The notes under the pieces were generated by a model. It made no database searches. It was not told the DNA's origin and saw nothing but the letters and a program-made list of their open reading frames with translations. This document shows positions 18,117 to 27,158 of a stretch of 64,000 bases of DNA, piece after piece. Source of the DNA: a virus (lineage: Duplodnaviria; Heunggongvirae; Uroviricota; Caudoviricetes); the IMG/VR virus record IMGVR_UViG_2595698353_000001, positions 14,564-78,563 of that record. The stretch is one strand, 5' to 3'. Position numbers and translations under genes: made by a program. How positions within the stretch are numbered: position 1 is the first letter of the stretch; every line of letters begins with the position of its first letter.

Positions 18117-20606
18117 GTGGGACAGTTCACCGTTGTGGACCGCCGTGGCGGCAGGTCCCGCGCGAATGAGCAGGTGGCGTCGCGCCTGATCACGTCGAAC
18201 CTCAGCCAGGAGATGGCCAACATCAAGGCGCGCGGGTACGCGCTGCCCAAGAGCGCCGTCGCGGCGCGCGAAGAGGTCTGGAACGCGAAGGCGTCCGTCG
18301 ACAACCGGACGCTCACCACCGCGATGGCCCGTGCGGCGGGCGGCATGCCCCGCGTCGCCTCGAACACGCAGATCGCGCTGCCCAAGGTCCGGCAGCCGCT
18401 GTCGTCGCTCGAGGACAAGGGCATCCCGTTCGACACGACGGACTCCGAGTCGCTGATGGAGATCCGCCGGTGGGCTCGAATCTTCTACGCCACACACGAT
18501 CTTGTCCCGCTGCTCGTCGACATCTACTCCAAGTTCCCCCTCGTGGGCATGGAGTTCGTGTGCTCCAAGGATCCCGAGATCCAGGAGTTCTACGAGTCGA
18601 TGTTCATGGACACCCTCGACTACGAGACCTTCCTGCCCGCGCTGGCGCGCGAGTACTGGATCTCCGGCGAGGTCACCTCGCTCGCGCACTTCTCCGAGTC
18701 GCTGGGCGTCTGGGAGGCCGAGGAGATCCTCAACCCGGACAACATCGCGGTGTCCAAGAGCATGTTCCAGCGCAACGAGCGCGTGCAGCTGCTCGTCAAG
18801 CCGATGGTCGAGGCGCTGCGCGACAACGGCATCACCCAGCTGTCCGAGTCCGAGCGTGCGGAGAAGCGCTTCGAGTACGAGCAGCTGGCCCGGTACTACC
18901 CCGAGATCATCCAGGCGGCCGAGCGCGACGACGGCCTCGACATCTCCGACGTCCTGGTCTCGCGCATCGTGAACAAGGTGCAGCCCTGGGACACTCGCGG
19001 CACGCCGCACATGATGCGCTCGTTCCGCGCGCTCATGATGGAGGAGTCGCTGAACGCGGCGCAGGACGCCGTCGCCGACCGCCTGTACTCCCCGTTCATC
19101 CTGGCCAAGCTGGGCACCAACAACCTCGGTGACGGCAACCCCTGGCTGCCGACCCAGACCGAGCTCGAGGACGCACGCAACGACATGCAGGTCGCGCTCG
19201 CGTCGGACTTCCGGCTCATGGTGCACCACTTCGGCCTCGAGGTGGAGAGCGTGTTCGGCCGCGAGGCTGTGCCGCGCTTCGACGCCGACTACGACCGCGT
19301 CAACAAGAAGCTCATGCAGGCGTGGGGAATCGGCGAGGCGCTGATCTCCGGCGGCGAGTCGCAGACGTACGCGGGCTCGGCGCTCAACCGTGAGTTCGTC
19401 ACGCAGATGATGGTCGGGTTCCAGAACTCGGTGCGCAAGCACATCATCAAGCGCGCCGAGATCGTCGCGGAGGCCCAGGGTCACTACGACTTCGAGCGCG
19501 TCGGCGGCGAGCGCAAGGTCATCTACCGCGAGATCGTCGAGCGCGACGAGGAGAGCGGCGAGGAGCGCATCGTCAAGGTGCCCAAGCTGCTGGTGCCCGA
19601 GGTCCGGTTCTCGACCCTCAACCTGCGCGACGAGGCCCAGGAGCGCCAGTTCCTTCAGCAGCTCAAGGCATCCGGCGTCCCGATCTCGGACAAGAGCCTG
19701 TCGGTCAACATCCCGATCAAGTTCGAAGAGGAGCTGCAGGCCCAGGCGCGCGAGCAGAAGGCCAAGCTCATCTCCCAGGCCGTCACCATGCAGGAGACGT
19801 ACGACTACCTCCAGGAGCGCGGCCTGCCGATCCCGCCGGAGATGGCGCAGTGGTTCGCGGCGCAGCAGCAGCTGGCCCAGGCCGAGTCGGCGACGACGAT
19901 GACCCAGCAGCAGGCCGACCAGGCAGTGTCGATGGGCGAGCACAACGATGACATGGCTCAGGCCCAGTCGGACATGATGACCGGCCAGGCGGACATGATC
20001 CAGATGCAGATGCAGATGGCTCAGCAGCCGCAGCAGGGGCTTCCGCAGCCGACCGACCAGCAGTCGCTGATCGGCCCGTCCGGCGACCCCAGCGCTGCGC
20101 AGGGCGCGCCGCCGATGCAGATGGCGGCCAGTGCGGACGCGGTGAAGCCGTTCGACCCGATGACCGAGCACATCAAGCCGCTCGAGACCGGCGTCGAGAA
20201 CGTCATGCCGCCGGTGATCCCGTCGACGGGCGTCCTGCCGAAGGGCCTTGTGCCGGACGGCGACACGCTGCTGCAGAAGCTGCCGCGCCCGCAGACGCGC
20301 CCGGAGGAGAGCGACGAGATGCGCTCGACCATGCCGAAGCGCTCGCTGAAGCACGGGCCGTCGACCCGCCGTGGCCGCAAGCTCATGTGCATGGTCGCCG
20401 ACCTCGTCGAGGACCCGACCTTCTACGCGAGGCTCGGGCGCTCGGGCGACATGGACGACATCCGGGCCGACTTCCCCGTCCTCGTCGAGGAGCATCAGCG
20501 CAAGCTGGCCGACTCGTCCTACGAGCCGAGCATCGAGACGTACCGGATCCTGGCAGAGTGCCTCGATCACCATGAGTACGTGACCGGCGAAGAGCCGGTC
20601 TGGTGA
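18117..20606 (+). CDS. portal protein
   Basis: GTG after GAGGAG; position ahead of protease and capsid; YATHDLVPLLVDIYSKFP core and Gln/Met-rich coiled tail as recalled for Bxz1-like portals. Confidence 0.8.
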   Translation: MGQFTVVDRRGGRSRANEQVASRLITSNLSQEMANIKARGYALPKSAVAAREEVWNAKASVDNRTLTTAMARAAGGMPRVASNTQIALPKVRQPLSSLEDKGIPFDTTDSESLMEIRRWARIFYATHDLVPLLVDIYSKFPLVGMEFVCSKDPEIQEFYESMFMDTLDYETFLPALAREYWISGEVTSLAHFSESLGVWEAEEILNPDNIAVSKSMFQRNERVQLLVKPMVEALRDNGITQLSESERAEKRFEYEQLARYYPEIIQAAERDDGLDISDVLVSRIVNKVQPWDTRGTPHMMRSFRALMMEESLNAAQDAVADRLYSPFILAKLGTNNLGDGNPWLPTQTELEDARNDMQVALASDFRLMVHHFGLEVESVFGREAVPRFDADYDRVNKKLMQAWGIGEALISGGESQTYAGSALNREFVTQMMVGFQNSVRKHIIKRAEIVAEAQGHYDFERVGGERKVIYREIVERDEESGEERIVKVPKLLVPEVRFSTLNLRDEAQERQFLQQLKASGVPISDKSLSVNIPIKFEEELQAQAREQKAKLISQAVTMQETYDYLQERGLPIPPEMAQWFAAQQQLAQAESATTMTQQQADQAVSMGEHNDDMAQAQSDMMTGQADMIQMQMQMAQQPQQGLPQPTDQQSLIGPSGDPSAAQGAPPMQMAASADAVKPFDPMTEHIKPLETGVENVMPPVIPSTGVLPKGLVPDGDTLLQKLPRPQTRPEESDEMRSTMPKRSLKHGPSTRRGRKLMCMVADLVEDPTFYARLGRSGDMDDIRADFPVLVEEHQRKLADSSYEPSIETYRILAECLDHHEYVTGEEPVW

Positions 20607-20998
20607 GCAAGGAGAACGCAGTGAAGTTGACCAGCAGTGAAATCGCCGACATGCGCCACGCCCTCGACAAGATGGACGCCATCCTGCTGGAGGCCGCCGA
20701 CCGCGAGGCTCCGGCCATCACGGCGGAGGACGTCCGCTCGATCGGCGTCGGCACGTCCCTCGTGACGGGCGAGCAGCAGCTCGCGGTGCTCGGCGAGGCG
20801 ATGACCGTCGTCGAGGCGTACAACCGTGGCGTGTACGCGATGGGCGAGCAGATCATCCGGGAGTACGCGCTCGAGCCCGAGCAGGACCTCGAGTGGCAGG
20901 CCGCGAACCCGTCCGAGGCCCCCGGCCCCGTCGTGGCTGACATCCCGTGCACCTGCGAGGGGCCGAACGAGTCCTGCAGCAGCTGCCCTCGGGGGTAG
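20603..20998 (+). CDS. hypothetical protein
   Basis: GTGA coupling; C-terminal CTC...CSSC. Confidence 0.7.
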   Translation: MSKENAVKLTSSEIADMRHALDKMDAILLEAADREAPAITAEDVRSIGVGTSLVTGEQQLAVLGEAMTVVEAYNRGVYAMGEQIIREYALEPEQDLEWQAANPSEAPGPVVADIPCTCEGPNESCSSCPRG

Positions 20999-21032
20999 TG
21001 CCAAAGTAGTGGCCCGCGTCACTACAAGGTTC

Positions 21033-21188
21033 ATGACACGGAAGACGGAGCTCGACGCGCTCGAGTCCATCAGGCCTCGCCCCCTCACCGAGGAGGACCG
21101 GGCTCGGGCTCGTAGCGTGGTCGAGTCAAATGCCAAGGACGACAACGACCGTCGGATCTTGATGGAGATCCTCGGGCTGGAGGAATAG
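21033..21188 (+). CDS. small hypothetical protein
   Basis: PLTEEDRARARSVV..NAKD..D...LMEILGL, a common small actinophage pattern. Confidence 0.6.
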   Translation: MTRKTELDALESIRPRPLTEEDRARARSVVESNAKDDNDRRILMEILGLEE

Positions 21189-21697
21189 TGCAGCACATCG
21201 CCGACGCCGAGCAGGCCAAAGAGACGGGCGGCATGATCGCTCTCTTCCCGTGCGACGAGGACGCCGAGCACTACGCGGTGCCCGGCGGCGAGGCCGTCGA
21301 CGAGCTGCACGTGACGCTCGCGTACTTCGGGTCGGACGTCGGTGACGCGGACCCAAGCGAGATCCTCGGCATGCTGGACCGGATCTCCGAGTGCTACGGG
21401 CAGATCCACGCCCGAGCGTTCGCGTGGGGCCTGTTCAACCCGACCGGATACGCCGACCGCGAGCCCTGCGCGGTGTATCTCATCGGCGACAGCGAGGACA
21501 TCAGCCCGCTGCGCGAGGAGGTTCTCGACGCCGTTTCGGGGATATTCGACCTCCCGGCGCAGCACGAGCCGTTCCATGCCCACATGACCGGCGGATATTC
21601 GTTGCCGCTCACTGCCCTTCAGGCTCCGGGTGACGTACTATTCGACAGGATCGAGCTCCGATGGGCGGGCCGAAAGTACGTGTTCCCCCTTCACTGA
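21188..21697 (+). CDS. 2H phosphoesterase (2'-5' RNA ligase superfamily)
   Basis: Two HxT motifs, LHVTLAY and AHMTGGY; GGMIALFP N-terminus. Confidence 0.8.
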   Translation: MQHIADAEQAKETGGMIALFPCDEDAEHYAVPGGEAVDELHVTLAYFGSDVGDADPSEILGMLDRISECYGQIHARAFAWGLFNPTGYADREPCAVYLIGDSEDISPLREEVLDAVSGIFDLPAQHEPFHAHMTGGYSLPLTALQAPGDVLFDRIELRWAGRKYVFPLH

Positions 21698-21707
21698 GAG
21701 CCCTGAG

Positions 21708-21968
21708 ATGAACGATCCATACCGCGTCCCTGAGGAAGTATCCGACGGCGACCGCGTGCCCTTGTTCGGCGAGCTTCGCACCGTGCCCGAGTGGCACCTG
21801 GATGGCGTCTGCCGCAAGTACCCCATGGACATGTTCTTCCTCGGTCCGACGCAGGCGGATCCGGCCAAGGCCATCTGTGCCGAGTGCCCCGTGCGAGCCC
21901 GATGCCTGCAGCACGCCCGCGACGCTGGAGAGAGGTACGGCGTCTGGGGCGGAGAGTTCTTCGGCTAG
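21708..21968 (+). CDS. whiB: WhiB-family Fe-S transcription regulator
   Basis: W...VC...P.DMFF...AKAICAECPVRARCL.HA...E.YGVWGG. Confidence 0.9.
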   Translation: MNDPYRVPEEVSDGDRVPLFGELRTVPEWHLDGVCRKYPMDMFFLGPTQADPAKAICAECPVRARCLQHARDAGERYGVWGGEFFG

Positions 21969-21972
21969 CTGC

Positions 21973-22034
21973 TGTCTTCCCATCCCTGTCTCGGCTCAAT
22001 AGGCAGCCCCGACAGAGAGTTTCCTGGGAGGAAC
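21973..22034 (+). promoter_or_regulatory. putative late promoter GCTCAATAGG (21994-22003) inside an RBS-occluding hairpin
   Basis: CTTCCCA(21976-82) pairs with TGGGAGG(22025-31, RBS); CTGTC/GACAG inner stem. Confidence 0.55.
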
Positions 22035-22035
22035 A

Positions 22036-23847
22036 ATGACGCAGCGCGTCTTCACGGCCAACGGTCCCGGCCGCGTGGTTCAGTCCGAGACCGTGCGCGG
22101 TCGTGAGTCCCTCCTTGTGGAGGGCGACGGCTTCTCTCGGTGGTTCTTCGCGAACGAGCTGAGCTGGGATGAAACCCCGGCCGAGCACGTGAACGAGAAG
22201 AACACCACGACCCTGCCGTACGACCCCAAGCCGCAGACCGTCCCGCACACGGACATCTCGACGATCCTGCCCGGCGTGGAGACCATCGACCGCAGTGAGC
22301 GACTGAGCCCGTCGGACTCGCTGTCCGGCGACGGTCGCGACGGCGAGCGCACGCCCGGCCCGAACCCGGACCTGTTCGCCGACGTCCAGATGGGTCGGGA
22401 CGAGTACCTCACCGACACGCAGCTGCCGGGCGAGCAGGGCCTGTACCACGCGAGCATCCACGAGGCGGCCGCCGTCGGCGCGGATCCGGCCGAGGGTCGC
22501 TGGGTCGTCATCGCCGACACCTTCAACGACCGGTACCAGACCTCGAACCAGGTTCTGGCCGAGTATGCCGCCGCGCACCCCGAGGTGTTCTCGGGCGGCT
22601 ACCGCGCGGCCCGCGTCGCCGGTGAGGCCAACCCGTACGCCGACGTCGAGTCGCTCATGCGCACCTCGGCCACCATGCGCCAGGCCGCGTGGGCCGACGT
22701 CCGCGAGAAGGCCCTGCGCCTGCGCCGCACCGGCTGCGTCAGCGTCGTCGACGAGGACGTCAAGTCGATCATGGCGAACGTCCAGGGCGACCACGGCCTG
22801 TACGACACCTTCGTCATCCGGCAGGCCCACCTCGCTGGCAACTCCTCGGTCTCCGAGTGGTCGTGCTCGTGCGAGTGGGGCTACTGGGCCTTCAAGCGCA
22901 AGCGCTCGTTCGTCGGCCGCATGTGCTCGCACGCGTACGCCGCGTACCTCGAGCTGCAGTCGATGAACCACCGGCAGAAGCGCCGGACGTCGATGCAGAG
23001 TGACGACTACCTGCCCATGGGCAAGTACGTCGACGAGAAGCTGGAGATGCCGAGCGAGCTCCGCATGGAGCCGGACGGCGTTGTGCCCCAGTTCAACATC
23101 GTCGAGCGCCCGGAGCGCGAGGTTCGCCAGGACAAGCTGTCCTCGTACCTGCGCCAGGCCAGCGACGACGCGCTGCTCGAGGATCTGCGCGCGCTGTCGG
23201 AGGAGACCCACCGGCCGCAGCACGAGCAGGAGCGCCGCGACGAGATCGCCGAGGTTGTCGAGCAGCTGCGCGAGCGCGGCTACGACGCCGACCAGCTCGT
23301 GGCCAGCCTGCGCACCGCCGACCCGATCAAGGTGACGGACCAGTTCGTGCACGAGCCGTTCAACGGCAGCGGCCCGACGGACCACCACCAGATGTCGACG
23401 ACCGAGGACGCCCGCGACGACTGGTACGAGGACCCGCGCCTCGAGGAGCAGGAGCTCGCCGACGACAGCTACGAGCCCGACACCAGCCCCGGCGGCACCT
23501 CGGACTCGGACCTCGACAAGTACCGGCTGAACAAGTCGTCTGCCGTCGAGGACGACGACGAGGACGACGAGCCCGGCCCCGAGGCGGATGACGGCGACGG
23601 CGACGAGGACCCCGACTACGTCGTGGCCCAGTTCCAGCGCAGCGCGGCAGCCTCCAGCCTCATGGGCGGCGGCTCGGCGGCCGGTGGCGGCGACGGCGAC
23701 ATCGCCGGTGCGGCAAACCGTTTCCTCCGCACCGCCGGTCGGAACTACTCCTTCGCCGAGCAGCAGGCACTGATCGACGAGGGCCAGCCGGGTGCTGCCT
23801 CCAACCTGTCGGATCTGCAGCTCGAGGGGACGCATTACCTCGCGTGA
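22036..23847 (+). CDS. head-module protein with SWIM Zn finger
   Basis: WSCSCEW...RMCSHAYA = SWIM CxC-xn-CxH; acidic C-terminal tract. Confidence 0.8.
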   Translation: MTQRVFTANGPGRVVQSETVRGRESLLVEGDGFSRWFFANELSWDETPAEHVNEKNTTTLPYDPKPQTVPHTDISTILPGVETIDRSERLSPSDSLSGDGRDGERTPGPNPDLFADVQMGRDEYLTDTQLPGEQGLYHASIHEAAAVGADPAEGRWVVIADTFNDRYQTSNQVLAEYAAAHPEVFSGGYRAARVAGEANPYADVESLMRTSATMRQAAWADVREKALRLRRTGCVSVVDEDVKSIMANVQGDHGLYDTFVIRQAHLAGNSSVSEWSCSCEWGYWAFKRKRSFVGRMCSHAYAAYLELQSMNHRQKRRTSMQSDDYLPMGKYVDEKLEMPSELRMEPDGVVPQFNIVERPEREVRQDKLSSYLRQASDDALLEDLRALSEETHRPQHEQERRDEIAEVVEQLRERGYDADQLVASLRTADPIKVTDQFVHEPFNGSGPTDHHQMSTTEDARDDWYEDPRLEEQELADDSYEPDTSPGGTSDSDLDKYRLNKSSAVEDDDEDDEPGPEADDGDGDEDPDYVVAQFQRSAAASSLMGGGSAAGGGDGDIAGAANRFLRTAGRNYSFAEQQALIDEGQPGAASNLSDLQLEGTHYLA

Positions 23848-23900
23848 TGTGTACCTGTTTCGCAGCTGCAGGTAAATGACGACGACCAAAGGAGGCCCTG

Positions 23901-26588
23901 GTGCAGAAGCGCATAGCGTCTGAGCGCGGCCACATCAAGCTCATCAGCAAGCTGGGCGAGGACTGGGCCGACTCCCACGTCCTCCCGGGCTGGACGCCGC
24001 GTGAGGGCTACGTGCTCACTGTGGTTCGCGCCATCTCGGCCCGGGTGAACCAGAACTTCGACGGGTTCCCCGGCGAGGAGCTGCGCAAGTCGGCCCACAC
24101 GTTCGTCGGCAAGCCGATCTTCGTCAATCACCACAACGAGGATCCGCTGCTCGCGCGCGGCGTCGTGGTGGCGTCGCGGTACGTCGAGGCCGGGGATGAC
24201 AAGTACATCGAGGTCATCCAGGAGACCGACAGCAAGGCGTACCCGAAGCTGGCCAAGGAGATCATCGAGGGCGGACTCGACTCCGTCTCGATGGGCTGCG
24301 AGGCGGGCTTCACGATCTGCTCGGCGTGCGACAACAAGGCCACCGACGTCACCGACATGTGCGACCACGTGCTGTACCGCAAGGGCCAGCACGTCCAGCG
24401 CCGCGTCGGCAGCAAGATCGAAGACGTCCTGGTCTACGAGAAGTGCTACAAGATCGGCTTTTTCGAGCTGTCGTACGTCTTCGACCCGGCCGACGAGACC
24501 GCCGTCGTCTCCCGCGTGCTCACCGCCAAGCGCAAGCAGGCCTACGGCGAGACCGAGGCCCCCAAGGAGGTCGACACGCTCCGCAAGGACCAGGAGACCG
24601 AGGACGAGGGCTACCACCACTACATCGACTCGCCGGACGTCCTCTCGGACCCGGACCTCGACGAGGCCAAGCGGATCGACCGCGCGCAGGACCAGAATCC
24701 GGACGCGGAGATCGACGAGGACTCGCAGGAGGACCCGACCTTCGACGATGATCCCAGTGCCGCCATGGAGGGCACCGACGATCCGATCGAGCTCGAGGAC
24801 AACATCTCTGACGCCGCCGAGGGGCGCGACGTCCCCAGCCGCGAGCAGCTGCTCGAGGATCTGGCCGACGAGGAGTACCCCGAGAACCGCACGCCGATCG
24901 TGGAGAACACCTTCATCGACGGCACCGAGGATCCGCGTGGCGGCCAGGACATGCGTTTCCTGGAGCCGGGTCGCGATCGTCGTGAATCCAGCTGGCGTGC
25001 AGGCAAGTCCACCGGCGACAGCTACCTCAAGCTGTCCGGCGGCGCGTTCGCGATGACGAGCGGCAAGCGGCTCGACGAGACCGGCATGTTCCTGTGGACC
25101 GCCAACAACGGCCAGGGGATCGCCACCAACGGGCAGGAGCTCACGCTCCGCGAGGCCCGCCGCAAGGCAGAAGGCGCGGCGATCGTGTCAAACGACCCCT
25201 CGACCCGAATCAAGAGTTACAACCAGACCACAAGGAGTAGTGCAATGGCGCGACAGACCCTTGCGACGCGCGGACAGGCATCTCGTCGTCGCGTCGCCGA
25301 TGTGCGAAACGATCAGGGCGTCAACGACAAGTCGGGGGAGTTCCTCTCGGAGACCCCCGGCTCGGAGGGCGCGTCGGGTCGGAATCAGCTGACTCCTGAC
25401 GAGCACCAGGATGTGTCGTCCGACGCGAGCCCGAAGCGCACCGACCCGGGCGCGAACCGCAGCGCGAAGAAGAGCCTCGAGATTCGCGCGTTCCGCGAGT
25501 TCGCGGCGTGGTTGCAGAAGACGTGGGGCGTCAACGCCCGCACTGCTGCGATGGACAACAAGCTCCGTGGTCTGGTCGAGGAGTACGTCAAGACCCATCA
25601 GGACAAGAGCGCAGCACTGCTCATGCCCGGGATGAAGGCGGTCCTCCGCGAGGCCAGCCGGACCAAGACCGCGATCTGGGACGAGGGCGGCGAGGACAGC
25701 GCTCCCGTCGAGTCCCACGACGAGGTCGGTCACGATGAAGGCGGCTACGACGAGGCTCCCGGTGACGAGGGCCACGGCGAGCCGGACGGCGACGAGGGCG
25801 GGCACTACGACGACTTCGTCGGGGGCGAGGACCCCTACGCCATCGAGGACGCTCGCGACGTCGATCTCGAGGACGCGCCGGTCGATCCCTTCGTCGACGA
25901 GCTGGAGCACGCCGCCGAGGACGAGTCCAACGAGGACTATCACGAGGACATGGGGCACGACGGCGGAGAGCCGCTGCACCCCGAGGACGTGATCCACCAG
26001 GCTCGTCGTTCCGCCGCGCCGCGTCGCCAGCAGGCACGCCGCGCACCCGTCCAGGCCCGCCGTCGTCAGGCGGACAACATGGCCTGGGCCAAGCCCGAGG
26101 ACCGGGTGGATGTCACCAAGCCGGTCTCGGACACCAACCCGCCCAAGTCGCAGGAGAGCCAGTTCGAGACTGGCGACTTCGGCCACAACGCGGGTGACGA
26201 CATCGCCAAGCCGGATCTGGGCACTGGCCAGAACTGGGCTCCGGGCGATGGCAAGAAGACCCGTTCGTCTGCGCGCATCACGCTGGCCTCGGGGGTGCAG
26301 GCGGTTCGTCTCGCCCACCTCTACGTCGAGGCCGGTCTGTCGCACACCGATCAGGTCTGGAAGCTCGCTGAGCAGTTCGAGAAGACGCCCCGGTCGGTTG
26401 TTCTGGACCGGACCGCGCTGCTCGAGCAGGTCGCGAAGGCAGGAGCACGCAAGACCGCTGGTGGTGTTACTCGCAGCTCGACGCGTCCCGTCATTCCGCA
26501 GAACTTCGGCAGCGGCAGCGCACCCCGCATCGCCGCCGCCACCGCCACCACCAACGACGTCGCGGACGACATCTACCTCCACCTGTAG
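23901..26588 (+). CDS. prohead (capsid maturation) protease fused to scaffold-like region
   Basis: NQNFDGFP..EL...TF.GKPIFVNH...RG; GGLDSVSMGC; FFELSYV..PAD; long D/E-rich tracts; lies before decoration and capsid genes. Confidence 0.8.
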   Translation: MQKRIASERGHIKLISKLGEDWADSHVLPGWTPREGYVLTVVRAISARVNQNFDGFPGEELRKSAHTFVGKPIFVNHHNEDPLLARGVVVASRYVEAGDDKYIEVIQETDSKAYPKLAKEIIEGGLDSVSMGCEAGFTICSACDNKATDVTDMCDHVLYRKGQHVQRRVGSKIEDVLVYEKCYKIGFFELSYVFDPADETAVVSRVLTAKRKQAYGETEAPKEVDTLRKDQETEDEGYHHYIDSPDVLSDPDLDEAKRIDRAQDQNPDAEIDEDSQEDPTFDDDPSAAMEGTDDPIELEDNISDAAEGRDVPSREQLLEDLADEEYPENRTPIVENTFIDGTEDPRGGQDMRFLEPGRDRRESSWRAGKSTGDSYLKLSGGAFAMTSGKRLDETGMFLWTANNGQGIATNGQELTLREARRKAEGAAIVSNDPSTRIKSYNQTTRSSAMARQTLATRGQASRRRVADVRNDQGVNDKSGEFLSETPGSEGASGRNQLTPDEHQDVSSDASPKRTDPGANRSAKKSLEIRAFREFAAWLQKTWGVNARTAAMDNKLRGLVEEYVKTHQDKSAALLMPGMKAVLREASRTKTAIWDEGGEDSAPVESHDEVGHDEGGYDEAPGDEGHGEPDGDEGGHYDDFVGGEDPYAIEDARDVDLEDAPVDPFVDELEHAAEDESNEDYHEDMGHDGGEPLHPEDVIHQARRSAAPRRQQARRAPVQARRRQADNMAWAKPEDRVDVTKPVSDTNPPKSQESQFETGDFGHNAGDDIAKPDLGTGQNWAPGDGKKTRSSARITLASGVQAVRLAHLYVEAGLSHTDQVWKLAEQFEKTPRSVVLDRTALLEQVAKAGARKTAGGVTRSSTRPVIPQNFGSGSAPRIAAATATTNDVADDIYLHL

Positions 26589-26616
26589 GTCGTCCCGCCT
26601 CTGAAAGGAGGATCCC

Positions 26617-27138
26617 GTGTTCAAGACCCCGATTCAGAACGCGACCCAGAAGCGGACCATCCGTCCGCAGTACGCCCAGCACCAGGCCACCGCGTGGGCC
26701 GGTTGGCTGGACCCGGCGTGGGATCGCAAGTTCGACGTCCTCCCCGGCATGGTCATGTGCCGCAAGGGACCGGGCGAGGTCTTCGCCCCGTTCGAGAGCG
26801 TCGCCGCCTCGGGCAAGGGCTTCGGCCTGGCCGCGCTGTTCCTCGCCCCGAAGATGCAGATCGACGAGGTGACCCCGACCGGCACCAACGCCTTCACGGT
26901 GTGGGTCGGCAACAACAACGCCGCGTTCGAGATCCTCGCCCCGGCGTTCGATCAGACCGCCACCTGGACCGAGCCCGGCCCCGGCCGCGTGCTCCTCTTC
27001 CCGTCCCTCGTGGCGGGCCAGATCGGCAAGCTCACCCCCACCAAGGGTGCGGGCATGGATGACACCGACGCCGTCGCCGAGCTCCTCGACGTCATCGATG
27101 CCAACACCATCCTCGTCTCCCTGAACCGCCAGAAGTAG
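26617..27138 (+). CDS. capsid decoration / minor capsid protein
   Basis: AAAGGAGG RBS; immediately upstream of the major capsid gene. Confidence 0.7.
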   Translation: MFKTPIQNATQKRTIRPQYAQHQATAWAGWLDPAWDRKFDVLPGMVMCRKGPGEVFAPFESVAASGKGFGLAALFLAPKMQIDEVTPTGTNAFTVWVGNNNAAFEILAPAFDQTATWTEPGPGRVLLFPSLVAGQIGKLTPTKGAGMDDTDAVAELLDVIDANTILVSLNRQK

Positions 27139-27158
27139 CCCGGAAAGGAGCTATCAAG

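Noticed and set aside
26581-26590. Recurring ACCTGTAG (also 46082 and 61887) as a separate regulatory motif
   Set aside because: Two of three instances are a CAC-CTG-TAG stop-codon context; too few independent cases
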